This document shows, one piece after another, positions 38,100 to 50,342 of a DNA stretch of 64,000 nucleotides (positions are counted from its first letter, which is position 1; each line of letters begins with the position of its first letter). The position numbers and the translations under genes were made by a program. This DNA is from Camelus ferus. Lineage: Eukaryota. The stretch is taken from the NCBI RefSeq assembly GCF_009834535.1, contig NC_045697.1:108688001-108752000 (forward strand). Reading direction: 5' to 3'. The notes under the pieces are model-generated. The model saw nothing but the letters and a program-made list of their open reading frames with translations. It did not search any database and was not told the DNA's origin.

Positions 38100-39290
38100 C
38101 TCTTGAAATGAGTGATCACTCCACCTTCTCAAAACGCTCTTCTGGGGCATTCTTACGTGACTCCACATCCTCTTGGGGCCCCTCATATTTCTCCAGACAC
38201 TCTTTCTAGCAGGCTTCTTTGCTGACTTCTCCTAAATACAGTCTTTAAATGTTGGAGTTTTCCAGGCTTGAACCTGGAGCCCTAATCTCATCTCTCAGAT
38301 TACCCTCTCCCTAGGGTGGGTCATCTCTTCCCATGGTTTAAACACTTCCCCAAGCCTCTCCTTGAAGCTCAGATATCCCATATGTTCACTGTACTTATCA
38401 CACTGCCTCCTTGCCATTTCCCTTATTTGAAGACTGAAGATGCTGGTGGAAATAATCACAGAAGAATCTTCCAGCAGGACCATCTTTAAGAATTCAGAAC
38501 TTTCCTCACGGGCACCTCAAACTCAACATCTCCAAAACAAAACTTTTGATTCAACCCAGTGCCCACCCTAGAACGTGCCCTCTCCTGGTTTTCCTCCAGC
38601 TCATTGAGTGGGACCATCCCACATCCAGTTGCTAAATCCAAAAGGCCCCTTCATACTCAATCCCTCCCTCCCTCTTTCTCTCACTTTCAATGAGTCCTGC
38701 CATTTCTACTTCCTTGACTATTTCTCATCTTCCAGAGTTTCTGTGAGCCCTTCTCCACTCTTTCCTGGATCACTGGAGTAGTGGCCTCACTGACTTCTGT
38801 GTTCTCTTACTCTTGCTTCTGCCAAAAGCTAGCCAGAGTCATTTCTTTCAAACATGAATTGAATCATGATACCTCAGTGTTTCACCACCTTAAACGAATT
38901 GTGTTTCCAATGAAATCTAGACTTTGTTCATGACCTACATGATCTGGCCCCCTTTCCTATCTTGTCCCCCTTGGTCCCTTGCTCTGTACACCTCAGCCTT
39001 TCAGTGGTCCCTCACTGAAATCCTTTCTCTAACTGAATATACCAACTCCTTTTCTGCTTCGAGGCCTCGTTACTGTTCCTTCTGCTTGGGACCCCTACTC
39101 TTTGCTTGTCTATCTTCTGTTATTCCTCAAGCCTCAGCTTCAGTGTGACCTCCTCCGAAAGGCCTCCCTCTGCCTAAGAGACACACACACCCCCCACTAA
39201 TATCGCACTGCGTCTTTTCACTTACAGCATTTATCGCGTATTTAATTGTGCATTTTGCATCTGTTTATTGACCACCAATTGCCTCTGCCA
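38100..39290 (+). mobile_element. L2a long fragment
   Basis: ctttaaatgttggagt, ggcacctcaaactcaacatctccaaaac, gccagagtcatttctttcaaacatgaatt. Confidence 0.8.
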
Positions 39291-40123
39291 CTTATCTTTT
39301 CACTAGTTAATAGCATATTAGTATTTGTACAATGAATGCTTTATAAAATGTGAATTATAAGATAATTGGCTTTAAAAAGGAGTGGAGGCCTACTTAAACT
39401 TTCAAAAAATGTTAAAAGTTTCCATTGGTTTGGAGTCTTTAAGCTTATAATCATTTGAGACTATAAGCCAATAGTTAGGCAACAGTTCTCCCCACAACCT
39501 GGCCTGAAGGCAAGAGAGGTATTGATTTGTATATATTTGTGTGTTGGTTGGGAATGTTCACTTGAAGATGGGGGACATTGGTGGAAATAGTCACAGAAGA
39601 GTCAGTCAAAGAGCATGAACATCCTTATGAAATCAGAAGTCTCCTCTGTAGGTGTTTACGGAGAGGGATCCCATCAGTAAAGGTGTCAGCCAAGGCTGCT
39701 CTTGCTCAGTTATCAGTCACCAGAAAAAAAAGTCATTTGATCTGACAAAACGGATGGCAAGGGGCTTTTATCAGCATGGCCAGGTTCAGATAAAACAGCC
39801 AAACATCTGGGATTCTCTCCGAGGTACAGCTCTTTCCCTGGTTTATGAAAAATGCATTTTCTCAAAACATCTGGTTTGAATTCCTTCCATTTTGATAATT
39901 TGGTAAACAGTTCAGAGTATCACGTAGCGTGAGTCAGCCAGTCTATTCAGCTATCCAGTGGGAAAGGCATCTCTGGTGAGCGACATGAGGGGACTAGAAA
40001 GCAAATTAACTGTAAACTCTTATTTAATAAAGATGAGTGTGCAAATTTTTGATTGTCCACCATGATCGTAGAAATGGACAGTAATAGTTACTGCCTAAAT
40101 TAATTATGCATCTGTGTTTATAG

Positions 40124-40424
40124 CAGTATATTGGCGTGTCTAGAGATGAAGGAAGGAAATCTTTCAGATACAAAATCAGGGCTAAGGAGAGCTGGGCTGA
40201 GAGGCGAGGAAGCCTTCCTGGAGCCTCTCAGCTTTTCCTTTAAATGGAATAATCCTCACATGTGCCTGCACTTGTGTGTGTGTGCAAAGCTACCACCCCG
40301 GGGAGCAAAGATGCCCATTCCAAGAACAGAAGGGGAGCAGAGCTACACACAGAAGGTCAACAGCAAAGCCAAGGTGTTCTCATCAGCCAACGACTTCTGA
40401 GCGGGAGGGGAGATTTGTTTTAAG
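40124..40424 (+). pseudogene. Candidate pseudo-exon
   Basis: tgtgtttatagcag acceptor and AAG|GTGATA donor. Purine-rich unique sequence containing ORF 40131-40400. No diagnostic motif. Confidence 0.3.
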
Positions 40425-40965
40425 GTGATACTAGGTGCTGCCGCCGCCTTCAATCCCTGTGCCTTTTGCAGAATTTCCAACAGTGCTGTGCTGGGACAGA
40501 TCATCCAGAGGTTCACAAGCTCTGTGGTCTGAAGGAACCACTATGAGGAGGGGCCAGGGAAGAATTTACCATTTTCAGTGGAAAACAAGTGGCAGTTACT
40601 AGCTAAGATGACTTTGTACTTTGGATCTAGATCTGATGCACCTTTCTTCATAGTAAGACATCAGCTGCTTAAAAAATAATCCAGGAAACATTTGAAGAGG
40701 AACATTTTAAGAGGTGCAATCCCTTTGAGAAAAAGGATGAAACTCTCAAACTCAATGTACTAAATATGTTTGTAAATAAACTTAAGGCATAAATCCTTAA
40801 TGCCTCTTCTCTGAAATATGCAACATAATTGAGCATGTGCTTACTTTTTGTTTGGGTAATCTTCCATTATTAGTTTCTTGATTAAATATGTACATGATTT
40901 AGCTTTAAAAAAAAAAAAGGTGATACCACGAGAAGTTATAAACATCCTCTCTACTTCTCTGACAG

Positions 40966-41400
40966 CTTACAGGGACATCTCTGCATAGACCAAAGAACAA
41001 CTGAGAGCAAGAGGGCGGAGGGAGAATTTCCTGGATAACAGGTGGCCGCTGCTGGCCCTGGAGGTGGTGCACTGCGGGAGGAAATGCTGGCCTTCTGCTC
41101 CCCACGGGTACTTACTGGCCCACGACAGAAACACAATGGATGAAGATGCTCTTCTTAAAAGGAGCACCTCAGGCAACTACAGAGGGAGAAAGAAAATTAA
41201 TGAATGCCTTCGTGCAAGGAAATGACCATTTTGATGATGACAAGCATGGATGAGGAGTAGCAGGAAGCCTAGTGGGGGATTACATAATGAAAACATCCAG
41301 GGAGGATCCTGACAGACCAACACAGACACAGTGGAATCCTCACTGAGGAGGGCTTAAAAGTCAACACCAGAACAGTTCTGTATATTTCCATGTGTTTAGC
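40966..41400 (+). pseudogene. Probable terminal pseudo-exon with the end of an RGS-like domain
   Basis: Acceptor cctctctacttctctgacag (AG 40964-40965). Reads YRDISA*TKEQLRARGRRENFLDNRWPLLALEVVHCGRKCWPS; DISxxTKEQL resembles RGS NIDxxTRExI. 3' end approximate. Confidence 0.5.
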
Positions 41401-42549
41401 ACATACCCATTTCGATGGGGTCAACCTGTTGGGTTAACTATTTTGGTTACCTCTGTATTGTTAGTGGATAGATGGATTCAGTGAATCTTAATTTATTTGG
41501 AGGATATTTATAAAGACCTGAATTAAAAAAAAAAAATCTAGAGGCTTTGTTAAAGACAGAAAGCTGTCCTCCACGGAGCCAGTTTTAATTGCAGTCAAGG
41601 TTCTAGAGTGGGCAGACCCGGTCAGTGTCATCCCTTAGAGAACAGGGGAGGGAAGGGACTTGCTCACGTCGAGGTGGGTTTTACTGCACACTTGCAGGAG
41701 TGGATGTCAGTGGTACATGAGTGCTTCTGATCCCAAAGGGAGAGGTTGAAGAAATAAAGAAAAGGACCAGTAGTAGGCTCTCATCCTTCCAAAGACTGTG
41801 TTTGTCCACTAGGTTGCAATTTCCTGGGACCACTGGTGGCACCGAATGTATTATGACATTCATTCTGGAGTGGTAATGACTGAGCTGAGAGTCAGGGAAA
41901 CTGAATTTGAGTTCGTGATCCGTCCTAGCCACCAGCTGAGTGACCCTGCTCAAGTCTCCTGATCCTTCTCTTCATGGTCCAGTTCTGCTGACAACATTCT
42001 CCTCCTCAGACCCAGAACCTTCTCTGGCTTGACTCTACCTGCCCTCACTTTCTGTGGCTCACTGATTCCTAAACTCAACCTGGAGAAGTCCTCAGTGGTT
42101 TGGACCCATACACACACCTGGACTGGTGGGGCCTCTTTCCAAGAAAATCCCTCTCACCTGCAAAGGATCTGAGACATTTCTCTGTCCCAGGGATGGTCCC
42201 CTTCTCGCTGCCCTCCCCCCATGCCTACCTATCAAAGTCCAAGGCCAAGTCAAATCCTGAGCTCACCAAGAAATATCCTTGGGGCCTCTCAGAACATTTC
42301 CTCTGTGCTCAGACTTATTTATGCCTATGTCTCTCTCCTGCTCCCCCTTAACTGTGGGTTCCCCCCAGGAAAGATCACTCTTCTTTGCCACAGCCCATGA
42401 CATTTGTCTCTGTTGAGTCTGTTGAGTTGCTTTGAACAAAATTATTCTATGTTTTCATTGAATAAATATCACTATGATAAGTGTAAAAGAACTTCTGTTT
42501 AGGTTACTTAGTATATGCACAATGCTGCCGGTTAAGTGTTTTTCAAAAT

Positions 42550-42835
42550 TCCTTTGTTGAGATATAACTCACATACTATACAATCCACCCACTGAAAGTG
42601 TACGATTCAATGTTTTTGGTATATTGACAGGGTTGTGAAATCGTCACCACAATCTAATTTTAGAACAGTTTTGTCCCTTCCGAAAGAAACTCTGTCCCCA
42701 TAAACTGTCTCTCTCATGCCACCTCCCCTCAGCCCTCAGCTTGGTACTCATTTACTTTCTGTCTCTATAGGATTTTCCTATGCTGGACATTTTATGTAAA
42801 TGGACTCGTACAACATATGGTGTTTTGTGATCTAA
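42550..42835 (-). mobile_element. L1MB-like 3' end
   Basis: ttgagatataactcacatactatacaatccacccactgaaagtgtac ... caccacaatctaattttagaac. Confidence 0.85.
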
Positions 42836-44569
42836 GCTCTATGCTATTGAAACATACAGAGATTTTTCTTCTTAAAAGTTTGGCTCCTTTAAAGAAACCT
42901 CTGGCAAAGTCCACCTGAGAAGGGAGAAATCATTCATCAGGCAGGAAAAACACTGAGTGACCTTTTTAAGGGTACTTGTATTTTCACAGCAAATAGCAAT
43001 GCCATCACACAAACAAATGACCTTACTTAAGGGGAAGACACTTTGGGCGAATGTAAAACATGTCATGCGAGCAGTTGTTTTCTCCCTGGCTCTCACCTCT
43101 GGAATCTTCTGATCCTCTAGCAGACCCTGATTGGAGAAAGTGTCAAGTGCTTGGAAAAGGCAAAAAATTCTCCATATACCTTCTCACTAATAAGATGAAG
43201 TGCAGTGTTTCAACAACCCATGAAAAGTCTCCTGAGGATTAAACCCATCATCTTAAAGAAACAAGCGTAAACCTTCCTTACCAATCTCATAACGTCTGAG
43301 CTGCACCTTTTTGCACATTTAAACGTTCTTTCAATTGGGATGCACCTTCCGATTGCTGCTGGCCTGGTGGCAGTCCTGAAGGTGTCGTCATTGCAGGCAC
43401 AAGCACACACCTGTCGCAGCTGTTCATAGGGCATTTCAGCTGAGATGTGTGCATGGTTGACACCACCTGTGCTGAGTCCCCAGGCCACATACGCTGTCTT
43501 CAGAAACGTACACTATGGTTTGATAGGGACATTCTGTATACCCGTTGCTCTTGACAGCACAGAGGATGACATTACGTGAAGAAACACAGATATTGTTGAT
43601 TGTAGATTAAAAAGTGACTTGGAAGATTCAAACTCTGTCCACTAAAAAAGTTTTAGGAATACCCTAAGCTGTTATTTCTCTTTTTATGTATGTACCAGAA
43701 TGATAGGTGATTTTTAAACACTCTGCGTCTAAGTCAGTCTGAAAGTGTTTCCAAAATGATTTTTTTAAAGCTTGTGTCAAAGTTTAATTAGCAGGTATTT
43801 GTTCCTTTCTTAGTGGTACCTAAAATAATGATATATTTAACAATCGTAAATTCTGCCTCTGAAATTCGCTCATGTGTTATCTCATTCCATGCCTTCTGTG
43901 AATTTAGAGAAGAGGCTGAGAAATGAAGCTGAACTCTCAGCGTCTCGAGCCAGCGGGGCTAGAGAAAAATGAGTCTTACATAAAGAACTCCTGAGGTTGC
44001 TTCTCATGACCTGGTGCTTGTACGGAGAACAACAGCAACAGTCCTGCTAGAGACAAGCAAGCTGTGATGCACAGGATTCAAGTAGGATTTCGTTTTCAGA
44101 GGGCTGGCCAGACGCTCTATGTGCTCCTGGAACCCTCCGAAGGATTGCAGAACTCCATAAACTATATGCTGACATCATCCCTGTCTGGGCAAAGACAGGA
44201 CCAGCAGCCACCCAAGAATGGCCTTTCAGAATCCCTAATGAATTAATCACCATAAACTAAGAGCGGGAGAGGCACTGGCTCATGCCATCACTCTGCCTCT
44301 GCCCAGGAGTTCCACGTCCCAGTCACCAATTAACTTTACAGTCGCATCTGTCTCTCCTGCCAAACTCTCCCATAAAGGAATTTACCACCTTCTGTTTTGC
44401 TTTTCTTCCTAAATGTGAATCAGAAACCAATAGTACCATTTAAAAAGGCACTATCAGCAAATCCAATTATGCTCCCAAGCACCTTTACACAGAATGAGTA
44501 AGTACTTCTGCGCTTCCTTTTGTGGCTTTATTAACGATGCTGGCGGCAGAAGCTCGCCGCTCACTGGGG

Positions 44570-44815
44570 CCAATAATAATAAAAGACACTTGTTTATGTG
44601 CTGGGCACTGTTCTCAGGGCTTCGTATATATTACATCATCTAATTCTCATGAGAATCCTATGAGGCAACTGCTGTTATTACACACTTAACAGATGAGGAA
44701 ACTGAGGCATAGGGAAGTTAAGAAACTCACTCAAGGTCACCCAGCTCCAGGTAGAAGAGGTGGGGGTTGAACCCAGGCAAGCTGGCTCCAGAGATCATGC
44801 TTCTAACCACAATAG
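44570..44815 (-). mobile_element. MIR, near full length
   Basis: acagatgaggaaactgaggcatagggaagttaagaaactcactcaaggtcacccagct. Confidence 0.9.
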
Positions 44816-46839
44816 TGCTTGGCCATGAAGAAAGATGATCAGATTCCACACCTTGCCTTTTCCTAAGTAAAGTATGTGATGTTTAGCTCGTCCTACGGTT
44901 CTCACACCTTTAAAAATCAGTCTTACTTCGAACTCAGTGTATATAAAGGATCCAATCCAAGATGCTCTGCTTAAAATGGGGGCAAACTCCTGTAGGACAT
45001 CGTCCCTGTCTGGGTTTCCTCCGGACCCCAGAGGTGGCCTTGGGCATTTCCTGGGACCTCAGGGGCTTCTGGAAAACCTCAACCTAAATGCCTCTACTTA
45101 CTGTCAAGTTACCCAAGATCTCAAAGAAGCAGCTAATTTCCCCAGGCTGCCAAGCCTGTCTCAGGCGTCCGGAGGGCAGAGCCCGGCTCTTCTGACCAAC
45201 TCCTGGCTCGCTGGCCCTGCCCCAGCCCACTGCCTCTGCATGTCGGTTAGCTCTGGCTACGCTGCACTTAATGAGGACAAACAAATGTGCTCATCGCGTG
45301 GAGTTCAAGTGTGAATGATGCGATCATTCTGCTCCTACTTAGCAATCCTTTCTCTGGAAAGATCTAGGCCAGATGCTGCAGCGTTTTTAAAACAAACTCC
45401 CAGATAACAGCAGCATGCTCACAGGGCAGTCCTCAAACTTAAGACTGCAGGCTGATTCTGCTCTTGCGTTCAACTCATTTAGCCTCATCTTCAAGGGACC
45501 TCCTTGTCCAGCTATTGCTATTACTTTGTCCCAGATAGGGTGTGGAAGTCTGTCCTCTCTATCCCTAATAAGATAGTGGACAGAAATCCTATACCACCTG
45601 AGAAATTGTGAAGGGCTCGTTCCAGTTGCTAATATCTCTGTTTCTGGGAGTATAAATCCCCAGCTTCTTCTGTATGGATCACTTTGTATTTGCAGAGAGC
45701 TCACAAAGCATCATTGTTTTTGCAAGCATTGCCACTTGAAAATGAATCTGCGTCCTTTCCTTGAAAATGAATCTGGGTCTTTCCTTCGCGGCAGGCACTA
45801 TCAAGACCTTTCCTGAGGGCTCACCCAGACAGATGGACTCGTTGGCCGGGAAGTAACAGTAACATACAATCACCACTCTGTATTTTTAAGTTAATAGAGA
45901 AATGATTCTTTGATTGCAGTACTTCCCTTTGTGTTAACTGAACGTTTGCCACCTGACCTGACAGTATAACCGTTTTCTCAGAACCCTGGTCACATGGCGA
46001 AAAAACCTGGGCAGTCTTGCCTCCCTTCCCGGGCTTCTCTGATACTGTTTCGATAACTTCAATAGTGTGATACGTTGATGTAGAATAGAAGGGGAAAAAA
46101 AGGAATTAAGCTTTTTGCTCAATACAGGTTTCAAAAGTTCCATTTTCCTCTATGTGAATAGATACATTATGTTTAGTCAAAGGCAACCACAGTTTTATGT
46201 TCTGCATCTTCAGAAAGGTCTGTCTCCATCTTTGGTATGCTTGGCCAAGTTATTTATACTCACACTTAATTTCTCTCTGGAAATAATGCCTTATGAATCA
46301 TTAAGAAATACGACTTCCCTCTCGCTCTGGCTTGAGATCAGGGAGCTTTCAGCCATAACTTGGAAAATTGTGGAGAAAGTAAGCCGCTCAGTTATGAAAG
46401 ACATCATTAATGTAGGAAGATAACCCGTCTGCCTTATGTTGAGGTGGCTGTCTTCTTGGATCTCCCTCAAGTCTTAAGTCAGTGGTGTGGGGTGAGAATA
46501 AGCAGTGGGTAAACTTTTCTTTTGTCTGGATGCAACCAAGAATAAAAGAAAAAAAAATACCATCCTTCGGAAGATACTCTACTAACAATAAACACTATTA
46601 GAATTGCCTCATTTCTTCCAGTAATTTTTTTTCCTAATGCAATTGCTTTTAAGTGGAGCATTTTCAATATACAGATGTGCAGTCTCCACCCAAGAGCTGC
46701 TAGGTCAGACTCTTTGGGGATGTGACCCAGGGAGTGTGTCCAAAAAGGTTCACGCATTTTTTTTTTGCTGTGCTTACCCTAATTGGCTAAGAATGACTTC
46801 TCTCAATGGTTTACTTTTGTATTGTAATTTTTAAAAATT

Positions 46840-47118
46840 TATAATGTACAACATGATGACTTTAACTTACACAGCTGTATGATATACAAGAAAGCTGTTA
46901 AGAGGGTAAACCCCATGAGTTCTCAACACAAGTAGACATTTTTTTCCTTTTTTCTGTCCCTTTTTTTTTTTTATGGTATCTCTCTATGAAGATGGATGTT
47001 ACCTGAACCTGTTGTGATAATATTTTCACAGCAGATGTAAATCAAACCATCATATGCCATGCCTTAAACTTATCCAGGGATGCATGTCAATTATGTCTCA
47101 AGAAAACTGGAAAAAAAT
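46840..47118 (+). mobile_element. Laurasiatherian-type L1 3' end (L1MA9-like)
   Basis: aaagctgttaagagggtaaacc ... ccttaaacttat ... tgtcaattatgtctcaagaaaactggaaaaaaa. Confidence 0.75.
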
Positions 47119-48296
47119 GTAAAGCCCTCTTGTGACTTTTTGCAACGTTTTCTTGATTTCATTAATGGCAAAAATTAATTTCACTGGTTAAAATTTCATG
47201 ACTCCAGAAGATGATTTAAAGGGTAAAGTTGAAAACAAATGCTACTTGAGGGAGGGCAGATGGGATGAAAAGTTTGAGGACTTCACCAAGTTTCACACTG
47301 AAGAAAGCATCATTTGTGGGGATTAAAAACTCTTACCATCTGCTAACTGTATGCAATGACTTGGTGCCAAGCCAGCAGCAGACAGGTGCCTCTGGGTCCC
47401 AAATACAGCTTGGCCACTGTCACTAACAGGCAAACTTAAGTGTAGAGGCTGAGCACTGAGCAGACCCAGCAGGGCCTCTAACCTGCGTAGGTGTCCTCTT
47501 TCCTGGGGAGGATCCCTGAAGACTTGGGGACCACTGAACATCCATGGAGTCCCGAAGCTGCTGTCCCCAGTGTGAGTGCGGCAAGGGTGAAATGGTTAAA
47601 CCAAGTATAAAAAGTAGGCTAGACTGCACCAAGTTTAGGTTAATAGATTGTAGTTTCATGCCTATAAACTCATTTTACACAAAGAGCATTTTCTCCTGGG
47701 TAAAACGACTCCCTTTCAAAATGGCAAAACCTGAACAAGAAGGAATCACAATCGGCTAAGTCTATGCTGAGCGGCGGTTTTCTGTGTGCAGATGCCCACC
47801 GTGAGTCGCTTGTGAAATCAACCACTGTGGCCGTTCCCGCACAGGCTCTGCTGATTTTACAAATACATGGTAATGCAGCCGCCTCTCCAAGGGCAGGCTC
47901 CAGCCTGAGGTTTGCACAGCCAGCAGAAATCATTTCTTGCAGGAGATAGAATTTCGTTGTTTAGCAAGATTCCATCAAAGGAAGCTGCACCCTCAGCCAC
48001 ACACGCTTGCCTATTTCAGAGGAGGTGGCTGCCCTCCTGGGCTGCTTCCTTTCAAATTAATAGGCAGCCAGCAGGTAATCAATGCCTTTTATACGGGAGG
48101 GCAGAGGAGATTCTGGAGGTCTCTATGTTGGGAATATTTATCATGTGAGGCAAATACTGAGGTTTAAAGAAAATAACATGCGTTGCTTTTTCTTGATTAT
48201 AAGAGTAAATCGTGTTCAATACAGAAATGTTGAAAGAAAGCTTGAAAAAGAGAAAAAAAAACATACTTAATTCAATCATTCAAAGATAACCATTCT

Positions 48297-48408
48297 GGGT
48301 GTGTGATGTGGGTATAGCTCAGTGGCAGAGTGCATGCTTAGCATAAACAAGGTCCTGGGTTCAATCCCCAGTACCTCCAGTAAAAATAATAATAATAATA
48401 ATAATAAA
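48297..48408 (+). mobile_element. tRNA-Ala-derived SINE, short variant with an (AAT)n tail
   Basis: TSD aaagataaccattct (48282-48296) / aaagataatcattct (48409-48423). Confidence 0.9.
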
Positions 48409-48981
48409 AAAGATAATCATTCTAATATTTTAGTGTCCTTTGCAGCCTCTTAGGCAATTGGCATGATACCCTATATTCAGTGAGCAGCCTGCTTTCTCAT
48501 TTAATATATTGTGCAGTCTGGACATTTAGTTGCTTCTTTTCGGTGATTATAAAAATTTTTTTAGTGAATCACCTTGTATGTAATTTTTAGTTTGCATTTC
48601 TGATGATTTCCTTAAGGTAGATTCAGATCAAAAGATAGAAATGAACATCATGGCATTTAAACAGAGATTTTCTAGGTTAATTGGAAAACACACTGTTGTG
48701 CTTACTGGTCGTGTCTGGCTGTTTCTGGATCAGGAAAAAACACCTGCCATCAGCTTTTGTCATTCCAAGCACTTTTTGATGTTGTTCTGGTAGGTGGTCT
48801 GCTGCTTCCTCTGGAGAACAGTTGATTGAATGACAGGACCCAGCTTTCCAGCTTCCTTGGGTCTCGCCACACCTTCTTCTCGTAACTACATCAATGGGCT
48901 CTCCTGCTCTGTGTGTTCCAGGAGGAGTCAACAAATGAGAGACTCTGGCCACAGCTGGAAGGTGATAGGACAAAGAATTTG

Positions 48982-49101
48982 TATAGACAAATTTTTTAAA
49001 TATCTTATTTATTCATTTATTTAATGGCAGTACTAAAGATTGAACCCAGGACCTTGTGCATGCTAAGCATATGTTCTACCACTGAGCTATTACCCTCTGC
49101 C
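48982..49101 (-). mobile_element. tRNA-Ala-derived SINE
   Basis: TSD tgataggacaaagaatttg (48963-48981) / tgatagaataaagaatttg (49102-49120). Confidence 0.85.
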
Positions 49102-49126
49102 TGATAGAATAAAGAATTTGGATCTT

Positions 49127-49266
49127 GTGGGGGACGGTGTAGCTCAAGCTGGTAGAGCACGTGCTTAGCATGCACGAGGTTCTGGGTTCAATCCCTGGCA
49201 TCTCCTCCAAAAATAAATAAGTAAACTTAATTACCTCTTCCTGCCAAAAAAAAAAAAAAAAAAAAA
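49127..49266 (+). mobile_element. tRNA-Ala-derived SINE, young
   Basis: Perfect 16-bp TSD aaagaatttggatctt (49111-49126 / 49267-49282) and a long pure A-tail. Confidence 0.92.
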
Positions 49267-49339
49267 AAAGAATTTGGATCTTCCCCCCTGAAGAATCACT
49301 GTGGGTTCGCTGCATCTTTTTTTTCTTTTTTAAAACCTG

Positions 49340-49830
49340 TATTTTTTTTTTATTGTGGTAAAAGAAAAAAATAACATTTACAATTTTAACCATTTTTAGT
49401 TGTACAATTCAGTGGTGTTAAGTACATTCTCAGTATTGTGCAACCATCACTAGTATCCATTTCAAGAACTTTTTCATCATCCCAAGCAGAAATTCCATCT
49501 CCATTAACAATAACTCTTCATCACCCCTCCCCAGTCATTTCTATTCTACTTTTTGTTTCTATGAATTTGCTTAGTCTAGGTACCTCTTGTAAGTGGAATC
49601 ATATGATATTCGTCCTTTTGTGTCTGGCTTATTTCACATAGCAAAATGTTTTCAAAATTCAGGCATGCCATAGCATGTATCAGAATTTCAACCCTTTTTA
49701 AGGCTGAATAATATTTCTTTGTCTGGATATATGGCATTTTGTTGATCCACTCATCTATTGATGGGCATGTGGGTTGTTTCCACCTTTTGGCTATTGTGAA
49801 TAAAGCTGCTATGAACATTGTGTACAAAGT
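49340..49830 (-). mobile_element. L1MB-like 3' end
   Basis: ORF 49576-49836 reads MFIAALFTIAKRWKQPTCPSIDEWINKM, the L1 ORF2 C-terminus. Confidence 0.9.
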
Positions 49831-49834
49831 CTGC

Positions 49835-50080
49835 ATCCTCTCTCAAGACTGTAAATCTTGTCCTGTTTATACAACTACCCTCTGTTGGTTCCAATAGCAC
49901 TCCTTTCCTTTCCTTGGCCCTTAGGCTTAGGGTGGTGGTGGCTCATTCTAGGGGTTCTGCACCCTGTGGGCTTCCTACACCCTACACATGCTTTTATAAT
50001 TCTTCTCTTTATTAATCTTTCTTCAAATTTTCCAGTTTGGGGATGTCATCTATTCCCTGTCAGGTTTCTAACTTGCACTA
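49835..50080 (+). mobile_element. LTR33-like ERVL LTR 3' part
   Basis: cccttaggcttagggtggt ... tttattaatctttcttcaaatt ... catctattccctgtcagg. Confidence 0.6.
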
Positions 50081-50179
50081 AACTTTTGCTATAAACTGTC
50101 TCTACTTTAATCCTGAAACAACTGGATACCTCTCAAAGAATTAGGCCAGTTGGCCGCTACGCTACCCCTAGATACTGAC

Positions 50180-50342
50180 AAGCACCTGGACATTTAAAAT
50201 AATACAGATGCCCAGGCTCCATTCCACTTCAACTGATTCAAAAAATTTAGTGCGATGACCTGGAAAATTTTCCTTTTAAAGCATCTCCCAGCGATTCTAA
50301 CGCTATTGGTCCAAAGTCTAACACGAACCCCTGGCAACTGAG
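50180..50342. mobile_element. MER5-like hAT-Charlie element
   Basis: atacagatgcccaggctccattccac ... aagcatctcccagcgattctaa. Confidence 0.6.

Larger units (their letters stand above)
682..41400 (+). pseudogene. Decayed multi-exon gene encoding several RGS-box-like domains (RGS22/RGSL1-like); probable unitary pseudogene
   Basis: A series of non-repeat segments bounded by pyrimidine-tract AG and GT, all on +. Their frames read as RGS-like motifs interrupted by TAA/TAG/TGA stops and frameshifts. See the individual exon entries. Confidence 0.6.

Noticed and set aside
682..41400. Selenoprotein or stop-readthrough explanation for the in-frame TGA codons
   Set aside because: TAA and TAG stops and multiple frameshifts also occur, which fits pseudogenisation rather than recoding.
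49129..49208. Possible tRNA-Ala gene
   Set aside because: It has the SINE tail, poly(A) and a perfect TSD, and the acceptor-stem ends are altered. It is a SINE, as are the other tRNA-like heads.
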